Source: Antedon mediterranea
Lineage: Eukaryota; Animalia; Echinodermata
Direction of reading: 5' to 3'
Assembly (NCBI RefSeq): GCF_964355755.1
Contig: NC_092673.1
Span: 30,811,648 to 30,875,647, forward strand
Length of the DNA: 64,000 nucleotides
Of this stretch, positions 53,301 to 64,000 are shown piece after piece. The notes beneath the pieces were generated by a model. The model made no database searches, was not told where the DNA came from, and was given only the letters and a program-made list of their open reading frames with translations. Within the stretch, counting starts at the first letter, position 1, and every line of letters begins with the position of its first letter. A program made the position numbers and the translations under genes.

Positions 53301-53749
53301 AAAAAAATCAAAATGCGGTCTAAAACGTCGAGATAGCGGTAGCGCGGTAGACTACCGCGAGTAGCGGTAGACTTGGGACCCCTGACATTGAGTTCGAGAA
53401 GCTGTTGGTCAAGCACCTTTGACCTAGCCTCTGCAGGTGCAGCAGCCTCTTCATCCAGCAACGATTGGTATGCCGCCTTGGCCTTCGCTGCTTCTACTTG
53501 GACTTTTTTCTTTTGTATAGTTTAGGCGTGCCTTCTTCATTGCAGCGTCTGCCCGAGCCTCTGCGGCTGTCAATGCGAGCTGCGAATACACGGATGAGCG
53601 TCGTGAACTTGCTCTACTGCTTTGTTTCGAAGACATCTCCACTCAGGTTCTCATGCGATGTACAAGTAGTTGTTTTACTGTTCTGGCCTCACGGATACCG
53701 GCTGCCCGCTATCCAGACAGATAACCACACCGCAGTTCGTTCAACATAG

Positions 53750-56700
53750 GACAACGCCAGCAATGTAGATATTAATATCGAAACACCGAACATTTATAGC
53801 ATCCTACCTGATGAACTTAACAATGATCTAAACATCGATATACATCCTCGAGCTCCAAAGCGACAAACAAAACACCGAAGAGGAGGTAGAAAGAAAAAGA
53901 AAAATATACCTGTAGGTAAAAATAGCCTAAATATATGTTTTAATAATATTAACTGCTTAAGCAAACATAGGATTTATGAAATTGAAAAGTTTATATATAG
54001 TAAGAGTATTGATATACTTGGTATTGCTGAAACACACTTAAAAGAGAGCAACGCAATCTCTATTAAAGGTTATAACTGGGTTGGGAAAGAACGTAACGGG
54101 AAGAAGGGGGGTGGTATTGGGTTATTCCTATCAGACAAAATAGTGGTTACATCTGAAAATGTTTTAAACTGTATAGATGATGATTTTGAAAGATTATGGG
54201 TAAAAGTTAGCGTAGATAAGGTACCATTATATATTTGTGTTGCATATTTCCCGGTCCAGGGAGTAAACAATGATTTGACTGACGATCTATACGCCCAACT
54301 GCTCTCTGAAATAATTAGAATTGAAGAGAAGGAAATGAATCCTCTTATTCTACTTCTAGGTGATTTTAACGCACGGATTGGTGACTCCATATATAACGGA
54401 GACCCCGTAATAAACTCAAATGGAGAAAGGCTAATACAATTTACTAAAAACGCTAATTTAACTAACCTTAATAGTACTATTTTTTGTGAAGGTAAAATAA
54501 CATGGCAAAGAAATAATCAACAAAGCACGATAGACTACATGTTATGCTCAAAATCCTTAATAAATTATGTAAATAAACTAATTATTGATGAGCATAGACA
54601 ATTTAGTTTTGGGAGTGACCATTGTGTGTTATGGTTAACACTAAATAATCTTAACATAAGTAATCAACAGACAAGTAATCAAAATAAACCAATTTGGGAT
54701 ATTAAACATAACCAAGATTATTCCTGTTATCAACAAAAAGTTGAAGAAAAATTTAATGACTGGAATGTTAGTAACGAAAAAAATATCGATACTACATGGG
54801 ATTTGTGGAAGGAAAAAATTATCGAGGCAGCCACTGAAGGTATCGGAATTAGACGTGTAAATAATAAAAACAAACCGTGGTTTGACAAAGAGATAGACGA
54901 TGCCATCAAAAAAAGGAAAATTGCGTCGCGAGAACACAGAACATGGGTTAAAAATAATAAAATTACTAATAGGAACTGTACTGATAATAATAACACAAAT
55001 AATACTATGAATTATGATAATGGCGTTACACTGTGGGAACACTATAAAGAGACACAGAAACATGTTAAGCAACTTGTTGCTCAGAAAATCACAGAAAAAC
55101 GTGTTAGCAAATCTATTGAAATTGCAAACAAAGGTGGTAAATCTTGTAAAGACTTTTGGAAAGTGCTAAAAGGCAATACAATAACAGTAAAAATATTCAA
55201 TGTATTAAATCAAGAGACTCTGGTGAAAACATTGTCGAAAAAGGGAAAATGAATGAGGTTGTAAAAGATTACTGGGAAAATCTTGGCAAAGCCAATATGA
55301 ATCTTAATGATTGCGGTACTTACCTTACAAGTCGTTTTGTTAATGATATTAGAAATCAAACAAAAACATCATATGATAAAGATGTTGACGAAAATTGTTT
55401 GTATGATGTTAAGATAGATTATGATATTGTAAAAGAGGCTATACTAATGGCAAAGAATAATAAGTCACCAGGTCTAGATAATATAACAAATGAATTAATT
55501 AAGAATGGTGGCGACAAATTAATCAGATCTATATTAGACCTATTTTGACAAATTTTAAAACTAGAACAAATACCAAGCGAGTGGAATATTAGTGTAATTG
55601 TTCCTATTTACAAAAAAAGGGGATCGCAGTGATCTCAATAATTATCGAGGGATATCGTTAACCTCTTGTATATCCAAAATTTTTAATAGGATAGTTGCCA
55701 AAAATATCTCTCTCTATCTTGAAGACAATGCTATTCTTTCGGAAGTCCAGGGAGGCTTTCGACCTTCGTATAGATGCGAAGATCATATCTTTGTTTTAAA
55801 GAGTATAGCAACTTGTCGCTTACAACAGGGTAAGCATACATACATGGCCTTCTTGGACTTCCGAAAAGCATTTGATAGTGTATGGAGAGACGGCTTAATG
55901 AAATCAATTTGGAATACAGGAATAAGAGGAAAGGTATGGAGGATGATTGATAAGCTTTATGCTAATGTTAAAGGTAAAGTCTCCTCTGGTATAATTGATA
56001 CAGATATTTTTGATATTGATCAAGGAGTAAAGCAAGGGTGCGTTTTATCACCTGTTTTATTTAGCATCTACATAAATGAGTTTACCAAAATGTTAAGATC
56101 CAAGGATATAGGTATTAGAATAAATGATACATGGATGGGTAGCCTTTTTTGGGCTGATGATATTGTATTATTAGCTAACAATGAACTGGAAATGAAAAGA
56201 ATGTTAGACCTTGCAGGAAATTTTGCTAAGGAATGGAAATTATGCTTTAATTTTGAAAAGTCAAATATACTGATAACTGGTAAACGTGTTGATAAAGTAA
56301 GACAATGGAAATTAGGTAATGGCTTTATATCTGAAACTGAATCATATAAATATCTCGGTGTACATATTTCTCGTAAATTAAATGACCATATACAAATTGA
56401 GAATGTTATAAAAAAAGGTCAAAGATTAATAGCGTACGTTAAATCAATTATCAGTAGCTTTGATAACTTTAACAGAGTATATTATGGGGATATTCTGTGG
56501 AGATCGATAGTTCTCCCATCTATCAACTATGGTTGTTCAGTATGGTGCTCTTTAAGTAGAATAGATATAGATAAACTAGAGCGTCTCCAGCTCCAAATGG
56601 CACGTTATATCTTAAAAGCACCTCGAAATACACCTTGTGCCGCCTTATATGGAGAGCTTGGTTGGTCTCCAATTAACGAGATTCATAACGCTCTTCGTAT

Positions 56701-57793
56701 GAAATACTTCCATAGAATTATAAAGATGGAAAACTATCGATGGCCAAAAATTATGTTTATTGGAATGCTACAACTTAATTGTGAATTTAAAGACTTAAGG
56801 TATAAGTTTCTATCTTGTATAAACGATATTCTCTTGAAGTGTAATTGTGAATCCAAAAATATTTTCACCACTCTCTCAAATTATAAAGAAGTCTACTTTC
56901 CAATTTCTGAAATCTTAAGAAAACTTAACTATATAATGATAGATGAATGGAGAATTGAATTACAAAATAAATCAAGTCTCCACATCTATGAAACATTAAA
57001 ATCAAAACCTGGACTTGAAAATTACTTAATTGATAAAACTAATTTTGAAGGTGCTGCATTAAAATTTAAAGCTCGTTCAAATACTCTACCTTTGAATGAT
57101 AGAACTGCAAATTGGAATATTGATAATAATAAAAAATGTAAATTGTGCGGTACAAATTCGGACGATCGACATCCATCATTTCATCCTTAATTGTCCAGCT
57201 TTAAATAATATACGTAATCAGGAATTATTTAATTTATATGTGGATATGTATAGAAATGGCAGCAAAGATATGTTTGATACTTTTTATACTTCTCCTGAAA
57301 ATGACAAACTTAAATATATTTTGGGATACTCAGATAATTTAATTGATGAAGAGTGTGAAAATATTTTGGATAGTTTTTGTAAAAGATACCTAAAACAAGC
57401 ATGGCAATTTCGAAATGATTCACTGAATTCCATGACTCAATAACTATGTTATCTACATTGCTACATTAAGTAAATTGAAAAAAAAGTGGGGGGGGGGGGA
57501 GGAGTTGGGGGTTTTTCGTAATAAGCTGTGTTTATCAGCTGATTTTATTTTATTTTATACACTTTTACTATATCTTGTTTTGTATTCATTGTGTAAAGTA
57601 ATGATCTAGGCCCTACTGTATATATCGATGTAAATTGGGGGGGGGGGGGGGGGGGTAGGATAGGGGTTGATAGTTGCTTTTGCCTTTTTTTACTTTTCTG
57701 TTAATTGTTATATTTTATATTGTGAAGGATGCACCTTTGTGCTAAGTGTGCCACCGATCTAAAGGTGTAATTCCAAATAAATAAATAAATAAA
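53750..57793 (+). mobile_element. RTEX-like LINE ORF2 (APE-RT-C-terminal CCHC) with (TAAA)n tail, degenerate
   Basis: NNINC, IAETHL, GGGIG, GDFNA, IDYML, SDH, YRGISL, LDFRKAFD, QGCVLSP, WADD, YGELGW, CKLC...HFILNC. Frameshifts ~55190, ~55615, ~57160; stop 55548. Confidence 0.85.
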
Positions 57794-58699
57794 GTGGGAA
57801 AGCCACTTCGCGTTTTGACCGTTAAATCGTGTAAAATCGACTTACTTCCGCATTGACGATTTTGAAGCGCCACCTATCGTTGAAAACTGAAACCACGATT
57901 TTTCGTCGCCTAGCAAATAAGTGCTGTTTTATTTTAAGCTCTCATAAATATTTAAGACCCGCCCAACATTACCTATTATGGTAAAAGCATTTCCTAATAA
58001 GTATTATTGAATAACCAATCGGTTTCCTTCAAAGAAACCGAAGCTAATACAATACATTCGGCGACTGAAGTCGGGACTCGTGAAATTTATAAATGTGGTA
58101 CGATTTGACTACTGTTTTGTTGTCCATTTTCTGAATAGTCGGAGGTGCATCCCAACAAATTAAAACAATTATAATCAATTGTTTTATCAAGAATAATATT
58201 AGTTTAATCGAGTATGATATATTTCTATCCTGTTCAAAATTTGTTGGTGTATTCTCAGGCCTCGAAAGGTAGGTACATTTTCTAGCTGTGAGCGTGGTTT
58301 CGGCAACGCGAGACACGTGTGTCAGTATAGGCGATAGCGAGACGTGTGTTGTACTGTGTTGATGCTGATCCGATAGTCGTTAATGTTGTACTGATTACGA
58401 GTATCATTGGTCCTGGCCGGTGTAAGATTGAATTGTGTCCAGCATTCAAAAGTGTCCGGGTGGACACTTTTCAGCATTGGATAGTGTCCAGTTGCATGTT
58501 TCAACGGGTTCGTGGGCGTTTTTCAACAATTTAATGCTGTCCGGCCCGTTTAATAATGTCTGACCCATGGATTGAAATGCGTCCACTATTAAATACTGTA
58601 TCATACGTTTTATGATAGGTGGTTGTTTTTATCACGCCTGCACTTGTCTTGTCTTCTTTTAATAACCAATAATACTTAATGATGCCAAACAATTTTTTT

Positions 58700-60170
58700 T
58701 TTCTAATTAAAGATCGCTTTGCCTAAACACCTCCAATTAGGGACCATTATATTATATGGTATGTGAAAAGACAAGAAGAATAAATAATTGTTAAGTATGT
58801 GACAAAAACAAGTAAATGAAGTGTTCCTCTTCCAATTAAAAATCACTTTACCTAAAACACCTCCAATTAGCGACCATTATATTATTTAGTATTAATAAAC
58901 CAAGAAGAATATATAGTTTTTAATTATGTGACAAAAAACAAGTAATTGTACTGGACCTCTTTCAATAAAGGACCACTTTACTTAAAACACCTCCAATTAA
59001 CGACCATTTTATTAATTGGTATGAGTAAAGACAATAATAATTAATAGTTTTAATTATGTGACAAAATTAAGTAACTGTACTGACTGGTCCGCTTCCAATT
59101 AAAGATCACTTTACTTTAAGACACCTCAAATTAATGACCATTTTTATTAATTGGTATGAGTAAAGGCAAGATTAATTAATAGTTTAATTATGTGACAAAA
59201 TTAAGTAAATGTACTGGTCCGCTTCCAATTAAAGGTCACTTTACTTTAAGACACCTCTAATTAGCGACCATTTTTATTAATTGGTAGAAGTAAATACAAG
59301 AAGAATACATAGTTTTAATTATGATAGTGACAAAATTAAGTAACTGTACTAGTCCTCTTCCAGTTATAGATCACTTTACTTAAAGAAACCTCCAATTAGC
59401 GACCATTATATTATTTAGTATTAATAAAGCAAGAAGAATATATAGTTATTAATTATGTGACAAAAACAAGTAATTGTACTGGCCCTCTTTCAATAAAGGA
59501 CCACTTTACTTAAAACACCTCCAATTAGCGACCATTTTATTAATTGGTATGAATAAAGACAATAATAATTAATAGTTTTAATTATGTGACAAAATTAAGT
59601 AACTGTACTGACTGGTCCGCTTCCAATTAAAGATCACTTTACTTTAAGACACCTCTAATTAGTGACCATTTTTATCAATTGGTATGAGTAAAGGCAAGAA
59701 TAATTAATAGTTTAATTATGTGACAAAATTAAGTAAATGTACTGGTCCGCTTCCAATTAAAGGTCACTTTACTTTAAGACACCTCTAATTAGCGACCGTT
59801 ATATTATTTTGTATGAATAAAGACAAGAAGAAGAAATAGTTTATAATCATGTGATAAAAAACAAGTAATTGTACTGGTCCTCTTCCAATTAAAGATCACT
59901 TCAATTTAAACACTTCCATTTAGCGACCGTTTTATTATTTTGTATGAGTACAGACAAGAGGAATAAATAGTTTATAATCATGTGATAAAAAACAAGTAAT
60001 TGTACTGGTCCTCTTCCAATTAAAGATCACTTTACTTTAATACACTTCCAATTAGCGACCGTTTTATTATTTTGTACGAGCACAGACAAGAGGAATAAAT
60101 AGTTTATAATCATGTGATTAAAAACAAGTAATTGTACTGGTCCTCTTCCAATTAAAGATCACTTTACTGT
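58700..60170. repeat. ~130-bp tandem satellite, ~11 units
   Basis: Recurring tccaattaaagatcactttac...acacctccaattagcgacca...tgtgacaaaa..aagtaa.tgtactgg at ~130-bp spacing. Confidence 0.92.
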
Positions 60171-60711
60171 AAGAATAACAAATAATAATAACAGGATTTT
60201 TATAGCACACATACCACAGAGTGCTCAAGGCGCATTAAAAAAAAAAATAATAAAAACAAATCATACAACTCTCCCGGTCCCGAGAGCCGCTGTTTTGAGG
60301 TTGACCTGACAATTGTGGCAATTACCAATTGGGACATTACCCTTGTTGGACATCTGGTAAAAATAAATACTGATTATGCTGCCACTTTAGTACACAAAAC
60401 GATAAATAAAAAAAAATAATACAACTTGTAGCATTCCATTTAAACACAGTAGGCCCTGTTCAAAACTGCTAGTGTAGAAAAGTCAAATCCACCCATATAA
60501 TAAAACCTAGAACTAGCTAATGATGTAGAAACACCAACAGCTTATTTATCAAATAAAAATCAACATTATACTCATGTACAACTCAACAGGTAATGTAGTA
60601 ACGAAAATTGCCTCACAGCTAATGTAGTTAATATCGCCAGCTAATAAAATATTATATATTTTACAAACCTAAATGTCTAAATCATGTGCAAATGTATTTC
60701 TCTACTTGCCG

Positions 60712-61030
60712 TCAGTCTATCCACCTCTCGTAAGTGATCGGCTTTCAAAACTTAGCACTCTGATCGTAAGCAACCACCCTTGTTAGCGACCACCTTTAAT
60801 ATTTAAAAGGGACTACCTCTGTTAAAGGACCGCTTCTCACAATGGACAACCTCCTGAAGGGGTAACCACCTCTCATAACGGACTGCTTTCATAAACTACC
60901 ACCGCTCGTAGACGACCACTTCTTTTACCGACTACACCTCCCGTAAGTGACCACCTCAATAGAGGTGGTAATTTGCGAAAGGTGGTCGTTACGGAATTAT
61001 GAGAAGTGGTCCCTTAGGAGAGGTGGACGT
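60712..61030. mobile_element. Tc1/pogo-like MITE with cgtaagcgaccacct-type subrepeats
   Basis: tccacctctcgtaag at left and cttaggagaggtgga at right; repeated gaccacct motifs. Confidence 0.5.
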
Positions 61031-62693
61031 TTTTTTTAGAGATTATTCGAAAAATACAAAAAACCGAAATACCCTTGAGTGAACGAATAATTATGATAAT
61101 TATGATTTTGCCATATAAAATATAAAAAAATAAATATTTTTTGGTAATATGCATCAACAATATTTTTCAAATGTATTTTAGATAAATAAATAAATAATGT
61201 AAAATCTCGAAACAAAAAAATATTGTGACTAACCAATTCAATGTTTTATTAAATAAAACCAAAAATCAGGCATCTGTGAAAAAAAATATAATGAAAAAGA
61301 ACTCACTTTAACAATGACGAACTTACTTGTTTCAAAGCACTTTTGTTATCAGTTAATATTATTAAATTAGTAACAGTATTATGAATATTACAAAATAATA
61401 TTTTGAGAACTGAAAAATATTTTGAGGGAACAAATATATTTAGGGAGAACAAAATAAGATTTCAAGAACTGAACAATATAAAAAATGAATTACTACTTCG
61501 AGACAAGGAATGATCGAGAGAACGAAATAATTTCGAGGGAAATTATTTCGTTCTCTCGCGAATTAGTAATTCGAATTCCAATGAAATAATATTTCGAGAG
61601 AACGAAAATAGGTAGGCCCTATGCCTATATGATTTAGTGATATTCATTCCCTAGAAATAATAATACAGTACCGGTAGGCTATATATTTTTTCAAGTTGTC
61701 AGATTTACTTCAAATTGACAACAGGTTGTATATACTCAATCAAAAACAAACAATTTAATTTGATTAGACTATATGTCTCCAGATATAATAATAGTAATAT
61801 TTATTTCAATCGACTTGATATTTTGCGATTCAAGTTGGTATTCTAAGGAATTATAATTACCCTAACGGGAGTTGGTGACCTTCCAGTGCCCTAGTTTTTA
61901 CGGGGTTAATATGATGTCGATGTCCCTACTTTTTTATCGATGAAAGCTGCCCGGGTGGTTGCAGCCATTTTCAACAGCTGGTATTACACTATTCAATGCT
62001 GAAAATTGTCCAGTGGACACTTTCAAACACCGGACACATTTAAATCTTACACCGGCCTAGCCTGACGGTGATCTGATCCCCGCAAAAAAAAAACTTTTTT
62101 TCAATCAGTATTAATATTATTATTTTATTTTTCATTTATTATTTGATTTATTAGGCTCAATAGATGCCTAGCAGGCTACTAGTAGGCCTAGTAGGCCTAG
62201 CCCTAGATTATATAAATAATAATACATAATAGTAAATACTGTAATTTAATTAATAAAATACAGCTTCCATTTGCTTTACTTTTATGTCATCATATAATAT
62301 TATATTATAATTATATATACAACCAGACATTAACGTTTTTTTAAAATAATGTTTATTATTTTTTCTGACACTTTCAGGAATCGTTGATGATGCAGAGTTC
62401 TTTGTCTTTGTGACTTCAAACGGAGAGTGAAGTGGATAAAAAGATGACACCGGTACCTATCGACATTGTCATACCCAAACTATAATTTAATTATTTAAAA
62501 CAACATGTTGAATTACAAATATATATTTATGTTGCAGAGGATTTAGATGAATTACAATACAAATATTTATGTTGAATGCAAACCTACTACACTATACTCT
62601 GTAAATTATGTTATTGTCATGTGGTAGACCTTAAAAATTGAATATTTATTGTATTTTAGGCCTATTTTATATTTTATTAATACTGTATTAGTT

Positions 62694-63763
62694 GGGTGTC
62701 ACGAAAGCTCAGACCACGAAAGCTCAGACCCCCTAAGACCTAAGATCACGAAAGCTAAGACCCAACACCTAAGATTACAAATACTAAGATATACTACAGC
62801 TTAAAAACAATACTTGTTTATCCATACATAATTTTAAACACAGTAGGTTTCATTTATTACCATAAATATAATTTAATACTACCGCAAAACATAGATAAAC
62901 TCACATTATTTTCGCCCGTTGAGTAAATGTATATTTTTTCTTTACAACAAACAAACTTGACGGGTTGTTTGTTGGTATATATTTACTCCATTGTGTTGCT
63001 TCAGAGGATGTTTTTCTTACGCACCTGCCTTTCTTGTATTTTGACTCCAAATTTGTTGACTAACTTTATCCTGAACACCACACTTTAAAATTAGGACTTA
63101 TAAGTACTTTCAGAAGGAGAAACACATAACAAATAAATAAATCCTTTAAATTGATGATTTTACAGGCGTGTTTCTTTGTATACTGTAATGTAACTCCTCG
63201 CGAGCTCCCCGCTCAATGTTTTTGTTTCTATGGAGCGCCAAAAGAGCAACAATAATAGTACAAGTATAAAAACAGAAAGAAAACGAAACAAAAAAACTTT
63301 TAAGTTAAAATTTATTTGCCAGTATTTATTTCTTCGTACTTGCATGATTATACTATTATCATTACAATTTTAATTTTACATTGTTCCATCCACACTGTAG
63401 ATGGACTCCACAGAGTTTTCAGCCCTCTATATAATTTTTGCTCTTTTGACGTTCCATAGAAACAAAAACATTGAACATGGCCCATGGGGTAGGCCTACTG
63501 TACTGTGTGTAGGCTAGTCATTTTGTGTGCGAGAAAAACGTCTGTAAAATCATCAATTTAAAAATGTATTTGTTACTTTTTATGTGATTCTTTTTCATGA
63601 AAGTGCCAATTCTAAGGTGTGGTATTCAGAATAAATGTTGGGAGTTAAAATCAAGGCAGGTGCGAAAGATAAATATTTGTAATCTTAGGTGTTGGGTCTT
63701 AGCTTTCGTGATCTTAGGTCTTAGGGGGTCTGAGCTTTCGTGGTCTGAGCTTTCGTGACACCC
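62694..63763. mobile_element. Foldback/MITE element, largely palindromic over 1.07 kb
   Basis: ~90-bp perfect TIR gggtgtcacgaaagctcagacc...; further inverted blocks 63020/63650, 63070/63615, 63143/63540, 63214/63440. Confidence 0.9.
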
Positions 63764-64000
63764 TGTAGTTTAATATTACTATTATTATAATTTCTATTAT
63801 ACAGTACTAGTTTGTACATGTTTTTACCCCAAAAAAATGAATAAATAATTTGTTATTCAATCTAATTGCTTGTTTGTTCATCAATAACAAAACAATTGTA
63901 AGCAAGTATATAACAGTTCTTGTTAGCCGCTTATTTCAGGTCATATTATTAATATTAGCTAGGCCCGACGCGCCCGATCACAACGTCACTAAGTGACTTT

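Larger units (their letters stand above)
46220..53384. mobile_element. Non-autonomous hAT-like DNA transposon (7.2 kb) inserted in Pao gag
   Basis: TIRs CAGAGGTCCCAA / TTGGGACCCCTG, ACATTG duplicated on both sides, GCGGTAG subterminal repeats. Removal restores LLELNVDDFSDD. Confidence 0.8.
40561..53746 (-). mobile_element. Degenerate BEL/Pao LTR retrotransposon (gag-PR-RT-RNaseH-IN), multiply interrupted
   Basis: Gag start 53642, gag 46219-45050 with CFRC..H..C/CLLC..H..H knuckles, LDEQS protease, YLPHFGV, FYVDD, ELHTFVDAS, PRLELCAA, GLDVFGP, GGTWERMI. Probable 5' LTR remnant from 53679 (minus strand ...cagaaCA|gtaaaac); 3' LTR not found. Confidence 0.92.
58415..62057. mobile_element. TIR-bounded non-autonomous element (family unclear)
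   Basis: GGCCGGTGTAAGATT...tgtcc..ttttcagcattg at left, inverse caatgctgaaaa..ggacac..AATCTTACACCGGCC at right; no clear TSD. Confidence 0.6.

Overview
AT-rich eukaryotic (invertebrate animal; frequent TAGGCCTA motifs suggest an echinoderm such as a crinoid, but this is inference) genomic DNA with GT-AG introns. The only host genes are a tandem, same-strand cluster of death-fold genes. Three intact spliced copies (945-2401, 18521-19903, 28416-30575) each encode two tandem DED-like pairs (4 DEDs) joined by a linker micro-exon, with no caspase, NACHT or death-domain partner. There are also at least three decayed copies or fragments. The third copy has an extra N-terminal exon with an NLS-like motif plus a coiled-coil-like segment. 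The rest is mostly nested transposable elements: several CR1/L2-group LINEs (two forming a 2.7-kb-arm inverted pair); a LINE>Helitron>Academ-like>30-bp minisatellite nest; and a BEL/Pao retrotransposon interrupted by a 5S+tRNA composite SINE, a SINE/LINE tail and a 7.2-kb hAT-like element (6-bp TSD) that itself holds a 5.8-kb TIR element. Also present are an RTEX-like LINE, MITEs/foldbacks and a ~130-bp satellite with 528-bp higher-order structure. All family assignments come from motif recognition by eye, not database searches.
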